Below the pieces are notes generated by a model. The model ran no database searches. It had not been told where the DNA came from and was given only the letters and a program-made list of their open reading frames with translations. The translations under genes and the position numbers were made by a program. A DNA stretch of 64,000 nucleotides from Dehalococcoidia bacterium (GTDB lineage: Bacteria; Chloroflexota; Dehalococcoidia; Lucifugimonadales; UBA3495), in the NCBI GenBank assembly GCA_965232885.1, contig CBDDQX010000001.1, positions 451,922-515,921 of the forward strand. Direction: 5' to 3'. Below are positions 56,031 through 64,000 of the stretch, one piece after another; the stretch's first letter is position 1; each line of letters starts with the position of its first letter.

Positions 56031-57127
56031 AGCGGGAACCCCGCTGCCATTAGCATATAGTAAACGGCGGGCAAAGCGAAAAGTATGCTGTCCATCCGGT
56101 CCAGGATGCCGCCGTGTCCGGGCATTATACTACCAGAATCCTTAACGTTGGCCGCGCGTTTTAGGACCGACTCAACCAAGTCTCCGGATTGGGCCGCCAG
56201 ACCGGCCACTGCTCCAATCAGCGCCTGCTGCCATAACGGCGCAGCAAGGTCGAAGACCAAGCCAACCAGCAGGGCTGCGCCGACAGAGGCCGCAAATCCT
56301 CCGGCGGCTCCTTCCCAGGTCTTGTTGGGGCTGATGCGCGGGACCATCCGGTGTCGGCCCAGCAGACGCCCGGCCACCAAGGCGCCCGTGTCACAAGCGA
56401 AGACGGCCAGCAGGGTGAACAGCAGCCAGGAGCGTCCCAGGTCGCCTGAGTCGCCGGATAAATCCCGAATGGCCAGACCATGCCCCAGCAGAAACCCGGC
56501 GTACACCGGCCCCAGCAGCAGGAACAAGAACCCGTGCCACGGGCGTTTGCCCCACTCTGCGTCTGCATCGGGTTCGTCGTCCGGCTCGAAGTCACCCGAA
56601 TTTCCATACAGCCCTTCATCATCCGGCTCGTCCGGATCATCGTCCTGCGAGACCCCAACAGGGCGCCAGTTCGCTTCAAGCCCTCCGGACTCCCGGCTCT
56701 CGCAGAACACGCCGAAATACAAGCCATAGTATGGCGGCTCGTCTCCTTCAGATTCATCTTCCTCCGCCCCAGTTTCCGGCGCCCCAGTCTCCGGCGCCAG
56801 CGAATCCTCCGGCGAAGGCTGCTCTTCCCTGTAACAGGCTATGAACCACAGCAGGGCGACAAAGGCCCACGCAGCCAGCGCAAGGCCGGAAGCTGTGTGG
56901 AAGTCGCTGCCGGACGATGCCTGCGCCGTCAGCAACAGCGCCGACACCGCGAGCACGCCCAGGGCGACGGGCATCGGGCCTACGCCGGGGGGAGTAAGGC
57001 GGTAAAATTCGCGGATGGCCAGGCCGCCGCCCAGCAGGGCCAGCAGCGTCAGCCAAGGAGCGCCCAGCCAGATTGCGCCCACCACTACGGCGGCTCCGGT
57101 CACACCCGTAGCCAGACGCAGGCGCAA
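56027..57127 (-). CDS. cdsA: Phosphatidate cytidylyltransferase with a ~100-aa acidic insertion
   Basis: The C-terminal core reads ISPNKTWEGAAGGF...SGDLVESVLKRAANVKDSGSIMPGHGGILDRMDS. The internal segment is EEQPSPEDSLAPETGAPETGAEEDESEGDEPPYY...DDDPDEPDDEGLYGNSGDFEPDDEPDADAEW. Confidence 0.85.
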   Translation of the reverse strand: MRLRLATGVTGAAVVVGAIWLGAPWLTLLALLGGGLAIREFYRLTPPGVGPMPVALGVLAVSALLLTAQASSGSDFHTASGLALAAWAFVALLWFIACYREEQPSPEDSLAPETGAPETGAEEDESEGDEPPYYGLYFGVFCESRESGGLEANWRPVGVSQDDDPDEPDDEGLYGNSGDFEPDDEPDADAEWGKRPWHGFLFLLLGPVYAGFLLGHGLAIRDLSGDSGDLGRSWLLFTLLAVFACDTGALVAGRLLGRHRMVPRISPNKTWEGAAGGFAASVGAALLVGLVFDLAAPLWQQALIGAVAGLAAQSGDLVESVLKRAANVKDSGSIMPGHGGILDRMDSILFALPAVYYMLMAAGFPL

Positions 57128-57129
57128 GA

Positions 57130-57843
57130 CTAAGCCCCGGTGCCGGCCACCTTGCCGTAACGGCGCTGACGGGCGCGGTAGGCTTCCAGGGCCTGTTCAA
57201 GTTCGGCGGGGAGGAGGTCGGGCCACAGGGTGGGAGTGTGGTAATACTCGCTGTAAGCCGACTGCCACAGCAGAAAGTTGCTGATGCGCTGCTCGCCGCC
57301 GGTGCGGATAATCAGGTCCGGGTCGGGACTGTGGGCCGTGAAGAGGTAGCGGCGGAACGTCTCCTCATCCAGCGTATCGGGGTCAAGGCCGTCACGTATG
57401 ATGCCGCGTACCGCCTGCAGTATCTCGTCCCGCCCTCCATAATCAAAAGCCACGTTGAGCGTGATGCCGGTGTTGGCGGCGGTGAGCTTCTGGGCGTCCT
57501 CGACCGCGCAACGGAGTTCCGGGTCCAGGTTCGCAGTCTTGCCCAAATGGACGATGCGGACGTTTCGCTCGTGCAGTTCGCGGGTCTGCTCTTCGACGGC
57601 TACAAAGAAGATATTCATCAGCCCTTCCACTTCATCCTGGGGACGCCCCCAGTTTTCGGTGGAGAAGGCATAAATGGTTACATACTCTACGCCCAAAGAG
57701 CGCAGGGTTTCCAGAACTACGCGGACGCGCTCGACGCCCTTGCGGTGGCCTTCGAGGCGCGGAAGGCCCCGCTCCATGGCCCAGCGTCCGTTGCCATCCA
57801 TAATGAAGGCCACGTGCCGCGGCGCCGGGCCTTCCCGGAACAT
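57130..57843 (-). CDS. uppS: Isoprenyl transferase (undecaprenyl diphosphate synthase)
   Basis: The protein includes PRHVAFIMDGNGRWA...YAFSTENW.RP..EV...IRTGGEQRISNFLLWQ. The start is taken at MFREGP; the upstream part of the ORF is REP-derived. Confidence 0.9.
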   Translation of the reverse strand: MFREGPAPRHVAFIMDGNGRWAMERGLPRLEGHRKGVERVRVVLETLRSLGVEYVTIYAFSTENWGRPQDEVEGLMNIFFVAVEEQTRELHERNVRIVHLGKTANLDPELRCAVEDAQKLTAANTGITLNVAFDYGGRDEILQAVRGIIRDGLDPDTLDEETFRRYLFTAHSPDPDLIIRTGGEQRISNFLLWQSAYSEYYHTPTLWPDLLPAELEQALEAYRARQRRYGKVAGTGA

Positions 57844-57936
57844 AATTCTCTCTCCCCCCTGGGGAGGGTTAGAGCCTGCCCCGTACTTGATACGGGGGTG
57901 CGGGCGCCCCCCTGATGCGGCGGCCACAAGAAAGGA

Positions 57937-58524
57937 CTAGACCTGGAGAATCTCCGCCTCTTTGGCGGACACGGTCTCGTCTATCAGCTTGGTATGGCCG
58001 TCGGTAACCTTCTGGAGCTGCTCTTGGGCGCGGCGGTTCTGGTCTTGTGAAATGACCTTGTCGCGCTCCATCTTACGCAGCGTCTCCAGCCCGTCGCGGC
58101 GCACGTTGCGCACCGAGACTTTGCCGTCCTCGGCCTTCTTGCGGAGCAGCTTCACCATTTCCTGCCGACGCTCGTTGGTCAGCGGGGGAATGGGCACGGT
58201 TATCACGTTGCCGTCGTTGGACGGGTTGAAACCCATCTCGGAGCGTTGCAGGCTTTTCTCTATTTCCCGCAGGGATCCCTTGTCCCACGGCTGCACCATG
58301 ATGGCGCGGGCGTCGGGAGCGGAAATTGAGGCAATCTGCCTCAGGGGGGTAGCCGAGCCATAGTAATCAACGGAAATGTCTTCAATCAGCGAAGGGGTAG
58401 CCCGTCCGGTCCGCAGTTGGGTCAGGTCCCGTTTGAACGCATCCAGCGTGCGGTCCATCCGGTAATCAACGTCGCCAATCACATCCTCGGCAGTTAACTC
58501 TGTTTCGCCATCCTTCCCGGGCAT
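57937..58524 (-). CDS. frr: Ribosome recycling factor
   Basis: The protein includes DAFKRDLTQLRTGRATPSLIEDISVDYYGSATPLRQIASISAPDARAIMVQPWDK...VRNVRRD. The start is the ATG at 58524, directly after the pyrH stop. Confidence 0.9.
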   Translation of the reverse strand: MPGKDGETELTAEDVIGDVDYRMDRTLDAFKRDLTQLRTGRATPSLIEDISVDYYGSATPLRQIASISAPDARAIMVQPWDKGSLREIEKSLQRSEMGFNPSNDGNVITVPIPPLTNERRQEMVKLLRKKAEDGKVSVRNVRRDGLETLRKMERDKVISQDQNRRAQEQLQKVTDGHTKLIDETVSAKEAEILQV

Positions 58525-58526
58525 AA

Positions 58527-59788
<1,262 letters not shown>

Positions 59789-59799
59789 CTCCCTACTCC

Positions 59800-60321
59800 T
59801 TAATCCCGATGGGTTTGGCTGTATCCAACCGGGGAATAATCGCCAATCTCAGGCCGTTCCGTCCGCCGCAATCCCAGCAAGAGGCCCAACCGATTGCGGT
59901 CACTGACATCCCTGACCGTATAAGGCCGTGGCGGTGATGCTCTGATTATGTCCAGTTCGCTCACCAACATCTCGACGTCGAGCAAGGCCCTCTCGATGAC
60001 GTTCTCATCCCTCCGGTTTCCGTAAAAGTTTATGTGCATGGATTCCGCTTGGGAAAGATACCTCAGAAACAGCGTTTCCTGGTCAAACTCCCGGCCGAGA
60101 TGCTCTCCTATGTACAGAACATTGGCGTGCCCGCGGTGCGCCCAACCCCGATGCTCGCCAACAGCTTTCAGAGCGTGGGCGGCCGCACCCCAGACCTTTT
60201 CCGACGCCTGGATGCGGTCGCCCTCTGCCAAATAAATCCGGGCGTGCTCTAAGGAGCGCCTGCTCATTTGAGCATGGCCCTCAACGCCCAGCTCACCCGG
60301 TTCTGGCAGCGGGGTTGTCAT
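59800..60321 (-). CDS. PaREP1-like helical protein, paralog 3, inserted between rpsB and tsf
   Basis: The protein includes RRSLEHARIYLAEGDRIQASEKVWGAAAHALKAVGEHRGW...AESMHINFYG. The gaps are 18 nt after the rpsB stop and 11 nt before the tsf start. Confidence 0.5.
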   Translation of the reverse strand: MTTPLPEPGELGVEGHAQMSRRSLEHARIYLAEGDRIQASEKVWGAAAHALKAVGEHRGWAHRGHANVLYIGEHLGREFDQETLFLRYLSQAESMHINFYGNRRDENVIERALLDVEMLVSELDIIRASPPRPYTVRDVSDRNRLGLLLGLRRTERPEIGDYSPVGYSQTHRD

Positions 60322-60339
60322 ATCATCTTTCCCGCCAAG

Positions 60340-61413
60340 CTACTCTGCGGCCTCGTCGCTCCCGCCGGCAACGCGGGCACCCATGCCGGCGGCCAGCTCG
60401 GCAAGGGTTTCCACGTCCAGCGTAACTGCGTCGGTCAAGGCTGCGTCCTCGCGTTCCGAGAGAGTTTCCGGCTCTTCATCAGACAGAGGGTGCATCTCCT
60501 CCATCTCCGCCTGGAGCGCGGCTTCCCGTTGGGCCAGCCCTTCCAGCACCGCCGAGGCCATCCGGTTGGTGACGAGGCGGATGGAGCGCACGGCGTCATC
60601 GTTGCCGGGGACGATGTGGTCCACTAGGTCCGGGTTGCAGTCGGAGTCCACGATGGCGAACACATCAATGCCCAGCCGCCGCGCCTCGGCGACGCAGATG
60701 TTCTCCCGGCCAATGTCAATGACGAAAATGGCTTGGGGCAAGGTGGTCATGTCCCTCATGCCAGTGAAATACTTTTCCAGGCGGTTGAGGGTATCCCGCA
60801 TCTTGACGCCCTCTTTCTTGGGCAGCAGGCGGAAATAACCCTGGTCGCGCTTCTGCTGCAACTCCAGCATATAGTTGATGCGGGTGCGGATGGTCTGGAA
60901 GTTGGTCAGGGTGCCGCCCAGCCAGCGCTGGTTGACGTACCACATTCCACAACGCTCGGCCTCACCTTGAATCACTTCCTGGGCCTGCCGCTTGGTTCCG
61001 ACGAACAAGACCTTGCCACCGTTGGCGACCAGCTCCACCATATCCTTGTAGGCATCGTTGATCATGCCCAGCGTCTGCTGCAAATCAATGATGTGGATGC
61101 CGTTGCGCTGCGTGAAGATGTAGCGCTTCATGGTGGGGTTCCACCGGCGGGTCTGATGCCCGAAATGCACCCCGGCCTCAAGCAGCGCCTTCATGTTGAT
61201 AGGTTCCCGGCCCGTGGGCTGCGGCGGACGCTCCGGAGCGGGGCGCGCGGGGCGTTCCTCAGCGGGAGCGGGAGCAGGTGCAGGGGCGGCCTCCGGGGCA
61301 GCGGGAGGCTCGGCTACTGCCACCGCAGTGGCTTCTGCTGCGGGCGCGGGAGCTTCCACCGGGGCGCTTTCCGTTGCTACTTCCTGTATGGGATGTTCCT
61401 GGGATTCAACCAT
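60340..61413 (-). CDS. rpsB: 30S ribosomal protein S2 with A/P-rich N-terminal and acidic C-terminal extensions
   Basis: The core reads MKALLEAGVHFGHQTRRWNPTMKRYIFTQRNGIHIIDLQQT... The upstream 74 codons are A/P/E-rich. The real start could instead be the internal ATG (MKALLEAG). Confidence 0.9.
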   Translation of the reverse strand: MVESQEHPIQEVATESAPVEAPAPAAEATAVAVAEPPAAPEAAPAPAPAPAEERPARPAPERPPQPTGREPINMKALLEAGVHFGHQTRRWNPTMKRYIFTQRNGIHIIDLQQTLGMINDAYKDMVELVANGGKVLFVGTKRQAQEVIQGEAERCGMWYVNQRWLGGTLTNFQTIRTRINYMLELQQKRDQGYFRLLPKKEGVKMRDTLNRLEKYFTGMRDMTTLPQAIFVIDIGRENICVAEARRLGIDVFAIVDSDCNPDLVDHIVPGNDDAVRSIRLVTNRMASAVLEGLAQREAALQAEMEEMHPLSDEEPETLSEREDAALTDAVTLDVETLAELAAGMGARVAGGSDEAAE

Positions 61414-61588
61414 CCAACACCTCTTTTATCCCTTACTGGCTATGCCAGAGATGGGCGACCCTACCACGGCTCGCCTTGCCAAGCAACGAATCGCAAAGCC
61501 AGAAAAGTATAGCACGCTTGCGGAAATCGGAGCAAACGGGGTCGGCAGAATTTTCCGGTGCTTCTTCGTGTGCTATATTTTGGCAACA

Positions 61589-62788
61589 ATGCCTAAAGTC
61601 AATCCAGAAATACTCGTTTGGGCGAGAGAGACTGCCGGGCTGACGCCCGAAGCGGCGGTCAAAAAGCTGTCAATCCGAGACACTCGGAAAGCCAATGCCC
61701 TTGACAGGCTGGCAGGATACGAGTCGGGCACGGAGGACCCTTCGCGACCTTTGCTCCTACGGATGTCCAAGCAATACCGTCGACCATTGCTTACTTTTTA
61801 CTTGCCAAAGCCTCCAGAGAAAGGAGATAGAGGGGTAGATTTTCGGACTCTTGCGGGGGATGACCGCACGCCTGAAACGGATGCTATTCTCGACGCCCTC
61901 TTAAGGAACATAAGAGCGAGGCAAAGAATGGTTCGGACCTTGCTGGAAGGCGAAGAGGAATTCGCACCCTTGCATTTCGTAGGTTCCCGGACAATAGCTG
62001 ATGGGCGAGAAGCAGTTTTAGAAGCGCTGCAAGCACTGCTCAAGGTTGAGCTGTCGGATTACCGCAGCCATCCAAACTCTAGCGCAGCTTTCGAGTTTCT
62101 GCGGCGTAGGGTAGAGGATGAGGGAATTTTCGTTCTGCTCAAAAGTGACTTAGGCAACTATCAAACGGCTGTCGCACTGGAGGTCTTTAGAGGTTTTTCC
62201 ATCGCGGATAACATCGCGCCATTCATTGTGATCAACGAACGAGACGCCCGCGCAGCATGGACATTCACCTTATTGCACGAGATGGTTCACCTGATTCTCG
62301 GACAGACCGGAGTTAGCGGATGGCAAGCGGAAAACGAAACTGAGAGATTCTGCGACGACGTAGCCGGTAATTTCTTGCTGCCGGAACAGGAAATTACGGA
62401 CCTTGACTTACGGGGCGCAAAGGAGATAGAGGTCATCGCAGAAAGGATTTCGGAATTCGCAGGCAGTCGCAAACTTAGCCGCACGATGGCGGCCTACAGA
62501 GCGCACCTAGCTGGCGCCATCCCACAGGCGCAGTTTCAGGAACTCTCCAGTAGGTTTCGGGAAGAGTGGGTGCAGGAAGTCGTAGCTCTTCGTACACATA
62601 GACAGCCTCAGAATGGTAGCCCAAACTATTACGTGGTGCGTCAGCATCGGTTGGGCCGCGGGCTTACTTCATTGGTCGAGCGGATGGTGGCCGCAGGGGA
62701 ATTGTCTACTTCCAAAGCAGCTAGGATTCTGGATGTTCGCCCCACACAGGTTCAACTGGTGCTTGAGCGGACAACCAGCAGCAGGTAG
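61589..62788 (+). CDS. XRE-HTH plus ImmA/IrrE-family zinc metallopeptidase
   Basis: The protein begins MPKVNPEILVWARETAGLTPEAAVKKLSI (HTH) and carries FTLLHEMVHLILGQ (HExxH). The ATG at 61589 lies about 10 nt after TATATT, so the mRNA may be leaderless. The longer ORF from 61193 is antisense to rpsB. Confidence 0.7.
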   Translation: MPKVNPEILVWARETAGLTPEAAVKKLSIRDTRKANALDRLAGYESGTEDPSRPLLLRMSKQYRRPLLTFYLPKPPEKGDRGVDFRTLAGDDRTPETDAILDALLRNIRARQRMVRTLLEGEEEFAPLHFVGSRTIADGREAVLEALQALLKVELSDYRSHPNSSAAFEFLRRRVEDEGIFVLLKSDLGNYQTAVALEVFRGFSIADNIAPFIVINERDARAAWTFTLLHEMVHLILGQTGVSGWQAENETERFCDDVAGNFLLPEQEITDLDLRGAKEIEVIAERISEFAGSRKLSRTMAAYRAHLAGAIPQAQFQELSSRFREEWVQEVVALRTHRQPQNGSPNYYVVRQHRLGRGLTSLVERMVAAGELSTSKAARILDVRPTQVQLVLERTTSSR

Positions 62789-62795
62789 TTCCAAG

Positions 62796-63278
62796 TTGCT
62801 TTATTTGCTGGATGCAAATGTCCCCATAGACGCTAATCGGGATTATTACCCGATTGACCGAGTTCCTGAGTTTTGGGAATGGCTTGTGGATTTGGGGCAC
62901 TCAGGACAAGTCAAGATTCCCCAAGAAATCTATGAAGAGAACATAGCCAGAACTGACACCGTTGCCGGGTGGCTAAAGGGACACGTTGACGCAATGAGAC
63001 TTGAAGAGCAAGTTTCAGAAGAGTTGGTTACTAGAGTCATCGAACAAGGGTACGCGGACGACTTGAACGACGACGAAATCGAAAATATAGGGCAAGACCC
63101 ATTCCTAATCGCCTACTCTCTCGTTAATCCAGACGACCGGGTGGTGGTTAGCAATGAAAATTCACGACCCGGCAGACAAAGGAGTAATCGCCACATTCCA
63201 GACGTTTGTCGGGATTTTGGAGTAGTTCCGATAAACACATTTGAGTTGATTCGCGTCCTCGATTTTCGCACACGATAA
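62796..63278 (+). CDS. DUF4411-like (PIN-like) protein
   Basis: The TTG start lies 8 nt after the peptidase stop. The protein reads (M)LYLLDANVPIDANRDYYPIDRVPEFWEWL...DPFLIAYSL..., which matches my recollection of DUF4411. Confidence 0.55.
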   Translation: MLYLLDANVPIDANRDYYPIDRVPEFWEWLVDLGHSGQVKIPQEIYEENIARTDTVAGWLKGHVDAMRLEEQVSEELVTRVIEQGYADDLNDDEIENIGQDPFLIAYSLVNPDDRVVVSNENSRPGRQRSNRHIPDVCRDFGVVPINTFELIRVLDFRTR

Positions 63279-63286
63279 TTTGCACT

Positions 63287-63769
63287 CTACCACCCCAGCC
63301 GGTACGCGAGATTCAGCAACGCTGCTCCTGCAATCCCCGCAGCGGCGTCGTCGGCCATGATGCCCCAGCCGCCGGGCAGCCGCTCGAACCGGCGTATAGG
63401 CCAGGGTTTGAGAACGTCCAGCACCCGGAACATCACGAAGGCGGCGGCCAACCACGGCAGCGTCTTGGGCAGAAACAGGCAGGTCAACCATACCCCGGCA
63501 ACCTCATCCCATACTGCCCTCTTTGGGTCCGGATCATCGGGAGTCACCAGGCTGCCACAGGCCCATGGGCCGATTGCCAGCGATAAGGCAACCAGCGCGA
63601 TGAACGCCGGAGAATCACCGCCGAAGGGCAGCGGGTAATAGACTGCCACCGCCACCAGGCTGGCCAGCGTCGCCGGGGCAACGGGAAATAAGCCTAGGCC
63701 CAGCGCCGTGCCGAACATCCAGCCCACCGCCTTGCCCGTCCTTCCCAATACCCCGTCCTGTTCATCCAT
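63287..63769 (-). CDS. pgpA: Phosphatidylglycerophosphatase A
   Basis: The protein includes FPVAPATLASLVAV..., WDEVAGVWLTCLFLP and FRVLDVLKPWPIRRFERLPGGWGIMADD. Confidence 0.8.
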   Translation of the reverse strand: MDEQDGVLGRTGKAVGWMFGTALGLGLFPVAPATLASLVAVAVYYPLPFGGDSPAFIALVALSLAIGPWACGSLVTPDDPDPKRAVWDEVAGVWLTCLFLPKTLPWLAAAFVMFRVLDVLKPWPIRRFERLPGGWGIMADDAAAGIAGAALLNLAYRLGW

Positions 63770-63778
63770 GTAAATACA

Positions 63779-64000
63779 TCAGCCGTAGCCCAGCCGGTGC
63801 AGGTCAGCCTCGCTCATGCCGAGGTAGTGGCCCACTTCATGCCAAAGCGTAACGCGGATTTCGCGGGCGGCATCGGCGCGGGATTCGCAGGCCCGCAGTA
63901 TGGGCTGGCGGTAGATGACGATGCGGTCAGGGAGCGGCCCGCCGATGCCCTCACGCTCAGTGAGGGGCCAGCCCTGGTATAACCCGAAGAGCGTGTCGTG
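63779..64000 (-). CDS. Zinicin-like metallopeptidase (DUF1025-like), 5'-truncated by the window edge
   Basis: My reverse-strand translation gives ...DRIVIYRQPILRACESRADAAREIRVTLWHEVGHYLGMSEADLHRLGYG stop (HExxH). The frame is open to position 64000. Confidence 0.6.
   Translation of the reverse strand, partial: HDTLFGLYQGWPLTEREGIGGPLPDRIVIYRQPILRACESRADAAREIRVTLWHEVGHYLGMSEADLHRLGYG

Noticed and set aside
61193-61588. N-terminal 132 codons of the 531-aa ORF containing the ImmA-like gene
   Set aside because: This part is antisense to the rpsB 5' region and is Ala/Gly-rich. The HTH begins at the ATG at 61589, which follows a -10-like TATATT.
63797-63982. 61-aa plus-strand ORF at the right edge
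   Set aside because: It is antisense to a minus-strand frame with a clear HEVGH metallopeptidase motif that stays open to the window end.

Overview
High-GC bacterial chromosomal segment. Hand counts give about 73% GC in one 60-nt line of a core gene, against 35-47% in the accessory islets. Gene content and the dispersed palindromic repeats are reminiscent of Chloroflexota, but that is inference only. No rRNA genes and no CRISPR array are present, and there is one tRNA.

Positions 1-8006 are a decayed integrative element abutting tRNA-Val(GAC). It holds a window-truncated IS21 istA and a small HTH gene with operator-like repeats. Next comes a 1.35-kb ORF-free gap containing a triplicated ~120-130-nt three-box module, then an RHH gene. 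The last gene is a large serine recombinase pseudogene, broken by 3 frameshifts, 1 nonsense codon and 2 IS insertions. One insertion is IS1182-like, flanked by CTAG; the other is IS630-like, flanked by TA. Excising both in silico restores the reading frame.

The rest is a housekeeping backbone: cynS, acs, speH-speE, lysC, thrB, yceD-rpmF, fabD-nusB-acpP, udg, rnj, ftsK, holA, coxS/M/G, glmS, treT-like, dxr-cdsA-uppS-frr-pyrH-tsf-rpsB and pgpA. It is punctuated by many small, mostly low-GC accessory islets:
- an ABC-type ATPase plus DUF4276-like pair
- a frameshifted HEPN-type Abi_2 gene preceded by two hairpin repeats
- three PaREP1-like paralogs, one wedged between rpsB and tsf
- tandem retropepsin-like genes
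- an AIPR gene
- a membrane-anchored HNH nuclease
- an unknown two-gene cassette
- a DUF4258/DUF2283-like pair
- an ImmA/IrrE plus DUF4411-like pair

Other points of note are a DapA-like/MfnB-like/TusA-like three-domain fusion gene and several dispersed REP/MITE-like repeat families. One of these repeats sits in-frame inside lysC.

All functional calls come from reading the translations and recalling family motifs. No database search was run.
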